64,000 nucleotides of DNA, from positions 1 to 64,000 of the forward strand of contig OZ374561.1 of the NCBI GenBank assembly GCA_977862235.1, in the 5' to 3' direction. Below, in pieces: positions 37,476 to 47,112 of the stretch. Below the pieces are notes generated by a model, which was not told the origin of the DNA, made no database searches, and was given only the letters and a program-made list of their open reading frames with translations. How positions within the stretch are numbered: position 1 is the stretch's first letter; each line of letters opens with the position of its first letter. The position numbers were made by a program, and so were the translations under genes. The DNA comes from Dudresnaya verticillata (taxonomy: Eukaryota).

Positions 37476-39782
37476 ATGGCGCAGTTCAATGGCCTGCAAG
37501 TGGCTGCGCCTTCGGCGGCGCCGGTGTATCCGTCCCCCTTCGACTTCGTCGGGAGGACGCCCCGCAACGATGCGCGATTATTCTCGCGGGCCCCCTGGTT
37601 AGACCAGGAGGCCCTGCGGCACGAGGATCTCATCACCCATTACGCTTTGAGCGGATTTTTGCCAGGGGAGTTGCCCCTGGCCGTCGTGTGGACGAACGAG
37701 TGGCGCCATCGGTGCGCCATTCCGAGCGGTTGGCTGCGTATTGCCGCCGGCCAGACGCGTGAAGATGCACATGCGCGTTTCGTCGTTGACGTGTATCGGC
37801 GGTTTACCCGCTATCCGGGGTCGGTATTGACGCCCACCGTCTTTTCATTTGACGCAGGGCAGTACCGCACAAATGGCGAGGTGGGTTATGGGGACCGTCT
37901 TGGGACGTTGTCGTTAAGCCATGTGGCTGTTTCGGCTGAGCCGCGGGTGCTTCAGGAGGCTAACCTCCTTGGTGTACGCTTGAAAGCGGATTTCCGATAC
38001 TTGCATAGGACGGGCACCTTCTATTGGGAGCGCTGCGTCCGTTGGGATTGCGAAACGCGCCGCCGCAAAGGCGTTTTTGTACCGTATCAAGATATGCAGG
38101 TCGATCGCATTGAGCGGGAAAAGTTGCCGCATTGCTTCATTCGCGTCCCACCGATGTAGCGGGACTTTGAGGTCTGCGAGGGCTTTGCGGCTGAATTGCC
38201 TCCGTGTGTCACGTATATTGGCTCCGAGTTGCGGATGGATCCGTACTCCCGATGTTGGATCGTATTTTTCACCGAGTGGGTCGTCAACGTAACTTACGCA
38301 TGGATGTGGGAGGTGTATGACACCTTCCGGCTCTATTATGTGCCGCCACGCGTAGTCAGCCTCCTTGATGGGCTTGACTTGACCGAAGTGCTGGGTGGTG
38401 CCAGGAACTGCCAAGAGTTCTGGGATTTACGCCATGTGGCGGATAACGTCAACTGGGACGACCCGGCAGCTGTGCCGCCGGGAAACCGGCGCCGTAAGGC
38501 AAACCGTCCGCGTTACGCGATGAGTAGGAATCATTCCGCCTGTGGCGATTGGGTATGGTACAACCCGTGGACCAAACGTCTTACGACGGAGAACATTGCT
38601 GAGAGCCAACGTCGTACGGACCGCTTCACGCCAGCGAATCACCCGCGTGGGTTGTGCAAGAATTGCGACTTCGCGGGGGATTTCCCGCCCCACTTGAGCG
38701 CCTTGATGGCGGAGGTGGATGCTTTCCACGCTAACAGCGGACCGGTTAACCCGTCTGGGACGGACTTCGTTACGCCTATGGCGGTTGAGCTTTCTGCGGG
38801 GGCGACAGCTCCCGCGACGATTTCGCCAGCGGCGGTAGGGCCGTCGGCGGTGATGCCTGTTGGCTTGCCGTCGGTTGTGCCGTTGGATCTCTCGGCTCCC
38901 GTCAATGACGGTGATGGTGATGCCATCATGGCTGCGCCCATGGCGAGTTCTTCGTCTGCAGTTACGCCTCAAGGCGGCTTGTTTAACGTCGCTGACGGTG
39001 CGAATCGCCCTCCTGCAGTGACCGAGTGGACTGAGGAGCAGCGCCGCACGGTGCTCGCATTCTTGCGAGCCACCGGTGTCGTCACTGACGGATCGGGCGG
39101 AACATCCACGACGCCCCTCGGGCACTCGCTTCTGGCTGCTCTGCAGCCCAGCGTTGCTGCGGTTCCGGCGTCGACCGTCGTTGCGACTGCGCCGTCTAAC
39201 GACGAAGGTGTGGCGTCTAATGAAGGAGTGGCGAAAAAGCCTTTGTCGCCTAAGGCGGGTTGTGCGAGTTGGTCCGCCATTGCGTCCACTGAAGTTGGTA
39301 ACAAAAGTCCGCTAAAGGCGAGTGCGGTGGTAGCGCCTACGGCGGTCCCGCAGGCTCCAGTGGCCTCTTCGTCGGTGACGGTTGTTGATCGTTCAACGCC
39401 TTTGGCGGTTAATGCGGTCCCGTCACCGGAGGTGCCGGGGCCGTCGACTGCGCCCAAGGCGGTTGAGGATGCTCCGCCGCCAAAGGCACGTGAGCTTCCT
39501 GTTGTAGCGCCTAAGGCGGATAATGATTCTAACGTTGCGCCTATGGCGGTTGACGAACAGTCGTCGCCTAAGGCGGGTTGTGAGACAGGTGCGTCGCCAG
39601 CGGCGGATGTCGTGACTTCGACAGCAGTGGTTGTGGCGGGTCCCTTGCGGTCCGTTCCTGCCCCTGCTGCGAGCATACCGTCGGTGACGGAGGACGACCT
39701 CTATGAAGAGGCGTTAAGAGAATCCGCCAATGGCGTTGGGGATGATGCCCCACTTGAGCCGTCTGCGACGGAAAAGGCGTAG
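37476..39782 (+). CDS. Antisense accessory ORF of the gypsy element, unknown function; Trp/aromatic-rich N-half and Ala/Pro-rich tail; one in-frame TAG at 38157-38159
   Basis: ORFs 37476..38159 and 38196..39782 are in the same frame (36-nt gap) and lie between the chromodomain and the PPT. Confidence 0.7.
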
Positions 39783-40986
39783 CCTTTGTTAGATCGTTAA
39801 GAACGGTTAGCAAACGCGAGAGCGCGTGTGGTGTCGCTTTGCCTGCCCCGTGGTGGGGCGGCGAGCGAGGGATTCATACGTCATAGACGGTTAGTGCCGC
39901 GTCTCACGACGTAGGTCGTAGTGGAAGGTCATGCGGGCACGGGGGTTACCCTCGCTTGTGAAGCCCGAATAAACGTGACCGTTGTCAAACGTAGTTGCTT
40001 ATGTGTCCGCTTGATGTAGAGCGCTGCGATAGCGAGCAGTAGGTAGCCGACGGGTCCCGTTCGTATAGACTTCGTTGTTGTCTGTCCGCTGTAGTAGCGT
40101 TTACGAAAAAGCTTGGGGCGGTGCCAACTTGATGGCGTTTTTCCCTTTTCTTGATGCCGCTACAGTAGCGTAAGCCCCTTTTGGAGGGCCCATGTTCTTA
40201 TGCCGACTTAGTCGTTTTGCTTCAAATTGTGATTCCACTTGTGAAGCGAATATGTAGTTGGGGAGCCGTTCGTTGGTTGGCTTTTCGTCCTTGACGTAGG
40301 GCATGTTGGGTTAGCGTCGGGGACGGTTAGGTTGGCGATGCGCCGCGCGTTGGGCGCGTTTCCTGCGACTCCTGGGTGCGGCTGCCGCCCCCAGCGGCGG
40401 AGTCATTTTTGCGATTAGCGCGTCGTGCACGAAACGTAGCCCAACTCCGTCTTCGACGACTGTTTCTTCTCTCGTGTTTGCGGGCGACCCCTTTTTCGGC
40501 TTGAGACACGTCGTTGACGTTCGCGGGCGTCACCCTCGAGGCGGTTGCGTGTGCCGCCTGTAAGGGTGGCGAGTTTCGGACTTGGCCGTGGGTGGCGCGC
40601 CTGGGCGAGGACGTCGGAGACGGTCGGTCGCGTCCGTGCTCGGTTGCCTCGTGGGCGTTCGTAGTGCTGGGCACACACTTGTCAGGTTCTCGTTTGTTGG
40701 GCGCCGCCGCCTGCCTGGTGCCTTCGCGTTATTGTTTCACATTAAAAATTTCCATTTCGTTTGTTGCCCGATTTCGTGTGGTGCGTGCGCCCTTCACGCC
40801 TTCTGACTACTGTCAGCCGTCCTGTCCTTACGGACCCCCTCCGAAGAGGGTTGCCTATTCGCGTGTCGCCAACCCAATCGTCCTTGGTCCGGTTGGTTAC
40901 AGCCCCCGTCGTCCGTAACGAGTGCACGTCTGCGTCAATTTGTATGTGGCGTGTTTTGTCGCTTCCAGCGTCCACCCTGACTAGGG

Positions 40987-41952
40987 TTACCCGCGTTGCG
41001 CGTCGTCGATGTTTGGCGGCAGGCGCGTGTGCTTCTGACGGTGATACCGCACAACGTGAGATCGCGGTAGACTGGACACTGGTTCCCAGGTATTCGCTGA
41101 AGCGGGGTATCCAAACCACTTGACGCGGTAGAGGATCTCGCCGTCTTCTGCGTGTTCGTGCGACTCAACCCGTTGGATAACGTACTCCGTCGCGCTTGTA
41201 GCGGTCGACGTGGGCTCCTGCCGTTCTAACGCCTGGGGCGGTTCAATGTGTTGCGTGATGGGCGTCTGCACCGGTTCTGCAAACCGTACTCGACGAGTCG
41301 ATCGCCTAAGGCGCTGGGTCGGTGCCCCGAGCGCTTGCGTAGCGGGTTGTGGTTCGTCGCTTTTGCGTACTGGTTCCTCGCTTCTACCGGCGTCCTTCGC
41401 GTTAGCGCGGTCTTCCTCATCGTCAGTCGATGCGCTCGAAGCGGGACCTACCTTGGTAGCCGGCGAAGCCAAGGTTGCGTGTCCCATTCGTGTACGGATG
41501 CCTGGACCCTCCTCCTCGTCGGAGACGGATTGCGATACACCGTCGTCGGGGTTAGCGGTGAAGGGCGAGAGCTCTGCAAACCCGCGACTTCGCGGCGTTG
41601 CATTCAGTCGCTCTTGCGAGTCGTCGGTGCTTCGCGGTGTCCCTTTGCCTCCTGCCGGGTCCGCCTGTGGCGTGTCTGGGGTTCCTGCTCCTTCGTCAGT
41701 TGACGTGGGGGCAGTGGGCCCCGGTACGTGAGGTGGTCCCGGTGGTTGCACGGTTGCGGGGGCGGTGTGCCCTGGTGGGGTTGGCGCCCATACCACGCGG
41801 TCCCGGGATAAACGTTCGCGTTCTCCGCGTCCCTTGTCGACGGTGACTGTCCCGTCGTCGACGTGAGTGACTCGATACGGTCCATCCGCCACAGGCGCGA
41901 GCTTGTGCGGTGCTCCCGCCCCGGGCGAAGTATTCCTTCCGCACGAATGCAA
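40987..41952 (-). CDS. Integrase C-terminal region with GPY/F motif and chromodomain (frameshifted from pol)
   Basis: KLAPVADGPYRV; EYVIQRVESHE...YRVKWFGYPASANTWEPVSSLP. Confidence 0.9.
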   Translation of the reverse strand: MHSCGRNTSPGAGAPHKLAPVADGPYRVTHVDDGTVTVDKGRGERERLSRDRVVWAPTPPGHTAPATVQPPGPPHVPGPTAPTSTDEGAGTPDTPQADPAGGKGTPRSTDDSQERLNATPRSRGFAELSPFTANPDDGVSQSVSDEEEGPGIRTRMGHATLASPATKVGPASSASTDDEEDRANAKDAGRSEEPVRKSDEPQPATQALGAPTQRLRRSTRRVRFAEPVQTPITQHIEPPQALERQEPTSTATSATEYVIQRVESHEHAEDGEILYRVKWFGYPASANTWEPVSSLPRSHVVRYHRQKHTRLPPNIDDAQRG

Positions 41953-44569
41953 AGTCGCCCACAGCGATGTTCTCCTTCGATTTCCGCAGACGAGTATCGA
42001 AGTTCCGTTTGTAACGCGCCTGCGTTTTCACGAGCGACGCTTTAGCGGTTCCCATCAATGCGGACAGCCAGGTTCGCCATTTGGTGTAGTACTGTCCGGC
42101 AGTGGGCACGCTTTCGAGCGACGGCTCGGCTTCCAGCGACAAGGGCCGCGGGGGCTTAGATAGAACCAGCTCGAATGGAGCGAGGTTGGTGGACGAGTGC
42201 AGTTGCGTATTGTACGCGAACGTCAGAGCATCGGTGAAAAAATCCCAGTCCCTGGGGTGGTCTGCTACGTAGTGACGCAGGGAGGCGAGGATGGTTCGAT
42301 TGAATCGTTCCACTTGGCCGTTACACTGCGGATAGTACATAGTAGTGAAGAGATTCTCCACCCCTAAGATACGGCAGACGTCCTGGAACAACTTGGCTAC
42401 AAATTGCGGCCCATTATCGGACAGTAGCTTCTTGGGTGGGCCATACACCAACACCCAGTGTCGAACAAACGCCTGAGCGATTTCCAATGCCGTAATCTTA
42501 CGTAAGGGAACCGTCCGGACCAGCTTCGAGAAGCGGTATACGATGACGAGTAGAAACTTATTCCCCCGCTTAGTGCGTATGAGCTCCCCGAGTATATCGA
42601 TGGGCACAAACTCGAGAGGCTCGGTTGCTGCGAACAGTTTCATCTCCTTCACGTTCTTTCGCATCAGTACCCGGTTCTTCGCGCAAGTAACGCAATTGCG
42701 GACGGTCGCGTAACAATCCACCGACATAGACGACCAATAATACTCACGTCGAAGCGTATGGTATAGCTTCCGTCCTCCGGGATGTCCTGCTAATTTAGCA
42801 TGATGTCGGAGATGGAGCAATCTAACGCGTAACGCGAATGGTACAACGACTTGGGGTCGGGCCTCGACGGTCCGAACCAATAGTCCTTGTTCGTGCGTTG
42901 CAAACGGTGGGTTGTCCCCGTCATCTAGACGTTTCCGGATCTCGGAACAGTACGGGTCACTGCTCTGAGCATGCACCAACTCTCCATGCGTCAATTGACG
43001 GAGGAGCACTTCGTCCGCCGGTGGCGCGTTTGTAACCAACATCTGGTCAAACTCCTCGAAGTCTCGTTCGGAGAAATCGACTTCGCCCTTGGCGTTTGAC
43101 GTATCGCTTTTTGCGTGAGCGTAGCCGTCTTCTGACGAGTGATCCTCGTCTTTGACGCAACTTCCGTGGTAACACGGGATATCATCGTCGATCGGTTCGA
43201 CCGTTTCGCCGTTCGTCTGTAGACGTGAGAGGGCATCTGCCTGAGTATTCAGGTATCCCTTTTTATACTTCACGACGAAGTCGAACTCAGAGAGGCGAAG
43301 GCGCCATCTCATTAAACGTCCCGAGGGGTCGCTGATTTCCATGAGCCACCTCAATGACGAATGATCCGTATGGACTACGAAGGACTCCATCTGAAGGTAC
43401 GGTCTCAACGTCGTGATGGACCAGACTACTGCTAGGCATTCCTTTTCGGATACCGAGTAGTTGCGCTCCGGAGCGGTTAACGAGCGTGACCAGAAGCCAA
43501 GCGGCTTCCGTTCGCCGTCAGGCTGCGTTTGAAAGAGTGCACAGCCAACTTGGTATTCGCTCGCGTCACAATCAACGGAGTACGGGAGTCCTTGCTGCGG
43601 CAACGCCAGGATGGGCGGGTGAGTCACCGCTTCGACAAGCGTGCGGAATGCCCGAGCTTGTTCCTCGGTGAACGGTTGTAACCGGAAGTCTTGCTCTTTC
43701 CTCAACAATTTGTTGAGGGGAGCGGCGACGTGCGCGTATCGCGATACAAACCGTCTGTAGACGTTGCACAATCCGAGAAAGCTCCGTAATTCCTTCTGGT
43801 CCCGCGGATGCTTGGCTTGGCGTAACGCGGCTGTGACCGTACGGTCTACTTCCAATCGTCCCGGACGTATCACATGGCCTAAATAGTTGACGGTCGGGGT
43901 GAAGAAGTCGCATTTGGTTAACTTCAATGTCAACCCGGCCCGAGGCAAGGTCGAAAGGATCTCGTCAACATGACGGAAGTGACTGTCAATATCGTTCGAG
44001 AAGATGATCACATCGTCAAGGTAGACGAGGCATGAGCGCCACTTGTAACCAGCAAGCAGGATATCGAGGGTCCGTTGAAACGTGGCCGGTGCGTTAGTAA
44101 GTCCGAAGGGCATACGCTTGTAGCGGAACAATCCGGCATGGCACTTGAACGCGGTCTTGTCGCGATCTCGCGGATTTATGGGCACCTGCCAGTAACCACT
44201 ATTGCAGTCTAGGGTGGTGAAGACGTTCGCTTCCCCTAGGCTGTCAATACATTCGTCGATTCGCGGGAGAGGGTACGTATCTCGTACCGTTACCATGTTC
44301 AAGCGACGGTAGTCAACGCAGAAGCGGAGTGTACCGTCCTTCTTGGGAGCAAAGACGACCGGCGACGCCCATGGCGATTGTGCGGGTTCGATAACCCCCT
44401 GACGCAACATGCGATCCACCTCCGCTTGAGCGAGTTGCCTTTGCTTTGGGCCAGCGCGGTAAGGCGGGGATGAAATCGGCCTGGAGCCGGGGAGCAAGTC
44501 AATATAGTGCTCCGTGGTTGCGATTTCTCCTAATGAACCGTCCCACATCGACGAGTACCTGCGCAGCAT
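41696..44569 (-). CDS. Gypsy pol: reverse transcriptase, RNase H, integrase
   Basis: LRFCVDYRRLN, MPFGLTNAPATFQ, YLDD, DCDASEY, HHCC Zn finger (H..LAGHPG..CVTC), SDNGPQF, NGQVERFNRT. Confidence 0.96.
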   Translation of the reverse strand: MLRRYSSMWDGSLGEIATTEHYIDLLPGSRPISSPPYRAGPKQRQLAQAEVDRMLRQGVIEPAQSPWASPVVFAPKKDGTLRFCVDYRRLNMVTVRDTYPLPRIDECIDSLGEANVFTTLDCNSGYWQVPINPRDRDKTAFKCHAGLFRYKRMPFGLTNAPATFQRTLDILLAGYKWRSCLVYLDDVIIFSNDIDSHFRHVDEILSTLPRAGLTLKLTKCDFFTPTVNYLGHVIRPGRLEVDRTVTAALRQAKHPRDQKELRSFLGLCNVYRRFVSRYAHVAAPLNKLLRKEQDFRLQPFTEEQARAFRTLVEAVTHPPILALPQQGLPYSVDCDASEYQVGCALFQTQPDGERKPLGFWSRSLTAPERNYSVSEKECLAVVWSITTLRPYLQMESFVVHTDHSSLRWLMEISDPSGRLMRWRLRLSEFDFVVKYKKGYLNTQADALSRLQTNGETVEPIDDDIPCYHGSCVKDEDHSSEDGYAHAKSDTSNAKGEVDFSERDFEEFDQMLVTNAPPADEVLLRQLTHGELVHAQSSDPYCSEIRKRLDDGDNPPFATHEQGLLVRTVEARPQVVVPFALRVRLLHLRHHAKLAGHPGGRKLYHTLRREYYWSSMSVDCYATVRNCVTCAKNRVLMRKNVKEMKLFAATEPLEFVPIDILGELIRTKRGNKFLLVIVYRFSKLVRTVPLRKITALEIAQAFVRHWVLVYGPPKKLLSDNGPQFVAKLFQDVCRILGVENLFTTMYYPQCNGQVERFNRTILASLRHYVADHPRDWDFFTDALTFAYNTQLHSSTNLAPFELVLSKPPRPLSLEAEPSLESVPTAGQYYTKWRTWLSALMGTAKASLVKTQARYKRNFDTRLRKSKENIAVGDFAFVRKEYFARGGSTAQARACGGWTVSSHSRRRRDSHRRQGTRRTRTFIPGPRGMGANPTRAHRPRNRATTGTTSRTGAHCPHVN

Positions 44570-44590
44570 CTCCTTCAGCCGTCCTTGATG

Positions 44591-46135
44591 TTAGGCTGAG
44601 AGATGACTCAGATCCAACTCGTCCACTGACGGAGGTTTAGCTACAGTTGCTTCGATCGACTTAGCGAATGTATCCGGCTGCGCCGTTACCCCATCGTTCG
44701 TTTGAAAACGGAAATCTTGATTTGCTTCCTCCTCCGTTGCCTGCTCCTCGGTGATACCTAGGACATCGGCCAGATTTATGTGACTGGGGAACACTGCTGT
44801 GGGATGTGGCAACGCGGTAGCGACGACTTGTCCTTTGACGAGCGCTTGCGGGCGCGGGGAGAAGTTTGCGACGAGAATCCGGAACACTCTCAGCGGCTCT
44901 ACTTGAGCGACTCCGTTAGTAGCGGCCAAAGCTTGCCGATCATATAACGTTCCAAACGGTTGGATCGTAATGACCCCTGGTCGCTCGGTCGTTACCGAGA
45001 TCCACTTTTGCGCCTGCGGCGGGATGATCGTTCGTTCCGCAACGCGTATCTTGGGCGACGTTCGCCCTTCGGCCGTGCCGTACTCTTGTTCCGTTGGAAA
45101 CGGGGGGTACGACGGGGGCCGGTGCAGCGGGCGGCGCGTTATAGGGACACGGGTCCCGTCGTCCAGCTCAATCTCGCGACTCCGCGGATAAACCGCTTCG
45201 ACAAAGCGGTCGCAAACGTCGCAACCGAGTATAACCGGCGCAGCGAGCCGTTCACAGACGATCAACTCCAACTTGACGACCCTTCGTCCGAGACGTACGA
45301 CTAAGATGATAGTGCCCCGGGTCTGAATCGCCTTGTTGTTAGCGTCTGATATGACGGGGAGACTCTTGGATACGATCCGTGATCGCGCTTCTAGTGGAAT
45401 ATCGTCAATTCGGATGAAATTCGGACCAGCCCCCGTGTCGAGGACAGTGAGTTTACGTGCCAAGGTACCTACAGATACGTCTAGATCAGCGTATACTTTG
45501 TAGTTCCTTTTGGCCATTACGAACAACTGTCCCCGGGCTTGTGGGGGCTGGTACCTACGCCAGGGGCGCTTCAAGGACGTCTGTGACGAGTCTACCCGCC
45601 CATCGGCGTATTTGTTAACTAAGTTCGGGCCCTCCTCCCGTGTCAGCACCCGAGGCGGAAGCCTCTCTGCTTGGTGCGACACCCCAGTGTCAGGAGTTGG
45701 TACCCTCATTACTTTTTCGCCTGCGGCGGTTGTGGCGGCGCTGTGTAGCGATTGACCACTGTCGGATGACGTTCTGCTGCATGCGGCATAGGTCCGCCTC
45801 GTGGTGACGGCGGTCGCGCTGCACGGCGTGCTGCTTCGCGCGCGTTCCTTGTACCGAGTGTACGCATCGGCGGGGACCCCCGCCTTCTCGGCGTCTGTTA
45901 AGCCTTCGTAGTTGGCGATCGCTTTCATATACTCGCTCATGCGGAGGAAGCAGTCCGGTGCGATGTGGCCACGGGCATAACACTGATGACAGATCAACTG
46001 TCTGCGAGCGTCTTGACGGAGCGGACCCCTGTCTTCCCAACCTGGCCTCACCCGATGGAAGTGGGGGGCATACTCCGAGTACGGGACGCGTGGCGCGGGC
46101 ACGACGGAACGCCCAAAGACGAGTGTAGGATCCAT
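44591..46135 (-). CDS. Gypsy gag C-terminus (CCHC knuckle) and aspartic protease; separated from pol by one in-frame TAA
   Basis: CHQCYARGHIAPDC; VLDTGAGPNFI; the 21-nt gap to pol keeps the frame. Confidence 0.9.
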   Translation of the reverse strand: MDPTLVFGRSVVPAPRVPYSEYAPHFHRVRPGWEDRGPLRQDARRQLICHQCYARGHIAPDCFLRMSEYMKAIANYEGLTDAEKAGVPADAYTRYKERARSSTPCSATAVTTRRTYAACSRTSSDSGQSLHSAATTAAGEKVMRVPTPDTGVSHQAERLPPRVLTREEGPNLVNKYADGRVDSSQTSLKRPWRRYQPPQARGQLFVMAKRNYKVYADLDVSVGTLARKLTVLDTGAGPNFIRIDDIPLEARSRIVSKSLPVISDANNKAIQTRGTIILVVRLGRRVVKLELIVCERLAAPVILGCDVCDRFVEAVYPRSREIELDDGTRVPITRRPLHRPPSYPPFPTEQEYGTAEGRTSPKIRVAERTIIPPQAQKWISVTTERPGVITIQPFGTLYDRQALAATNGVAQVEPLRVFRILVANFSPRPQALVKGQVVATALPHPTAVFPSHINLADVLGITEEQATEEEANQDFRFQTNDGVTAQPDTFAKSIEATVAKPPSVDELDLSHLSA

Positions 46136-46882
46136 TGCCTCTGTGTCCTCATCTTCGACGTAGCTAACACTAATTTCGCCGGCTACAGAATTTCCAAAAC
46201 AGAACAGAATTTTTTGAGGGTCCTTGAATCCAGGCGTTCGATAGCGCGTTGGAAAGGGGCGCTACCCTGAGAACAGTGGTGCAAACAGATCGGAGCAAAC
46301 GCTAATAGTTTCGGAGTTATGCGCTCCGGTATATGGCCCCCCCGGGGTCGAAAGTTCCCGAAACTTGTGATTTTTCCGAAAAGTTCCAATTAAAAATTCT
46401 CCAGAAATTGATTCTGGCCCGTCCCGCCGCCCGCGCCCCCGCCCCCCGACCGCACACCGCATTCTGGCGACTTCCCGCCGCATTCCGACGCGCTCGGACT
46501 TGGCTTCCCACCGCATTCCGACGTGCGCTCGGCCACCTCCCCACGTCCGACAGCCACTCCCACCATCACCCTTCCTGGTGCTGCTACTGGCCCACGCATT
46601 CCGCATTCTGGCGCGTGCGCACACGCTCTGCTTCTGCCTTGCGCGTAATGAGGCGCGCTTCCCCACCCCCTCCCAGACCCGTAGTGCCGCTCCCCGCCCC
46701 AGTCCGGCCTGTGACCGCACTCTGTCTCACGCTCCCTGCCGTTCACCGACACCTCGCCGTCACCCTTCCCCACGCTCCTGCGCACCGCGCCCTGCCGCAT
46801 TCTGACACGTCCACATCAAGTTGCCGCATTCAGGCGCACGGTCAGCCCCTCGCAGCAGTCCCCCGACACGCCTCCTTCACCC

Positions 46883-47045
46883 CTACCCCGCTCCCGTGCG
46901 GCACGGCCACCCGCATTCTGACCCGTCCTCACAACTGGGCCCACTACCCGCCCGACCTGGTACCACTACCAGGTAGCTCAGCCGCTTGCGCACCCGCGGT
47001 TCGGACTTAACTTGTGGCGTAGACGGGCGCTACAGGCGTCGAATG
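46883..47045 (+). repeat. Left arm of a ~160-bp inverted repeat (TIR); it may extend further left toward about 46165
   Basis: CTACCCCGCTCCCGTGCGGCACGGCCACCCGCATTCTGACCCG...CTACAGGCGTCGA is the reverse complement of 58626-58784 with few mismatches. Confidence 0.92.
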
Positions 47046-47112
47046 GCCTTGCATTTCTCGTGTGCTGCATCAACCTGAGAGTAGAATTTACTGGTTGTAG
47101 CTGTTTCTCGTA

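Larger units (their letters stand above)
36263..46160 (-). mobile_element. Ty3/gypsy chromovirus-type LTR retrotransposon, 5'-truncated, with an antisense accessory ORF
   Basis: Order is gag Zn knuckle, PR, RT, RNase H, integrase, chromodomain. A purine tract followed by TGTAGTGCC at 37015 (minus strand) marks the likely 3' LTR start. The 5' LTR and gag N-terminus are missing. Confidence 0.9.

Noticed and set aside
44570..44593. Programmed readthrough between protease and RT
   Set aside because: A stop at this position in pol is not a typical gypsy recoding site, and the element has other lesions, so mutation is more likely.
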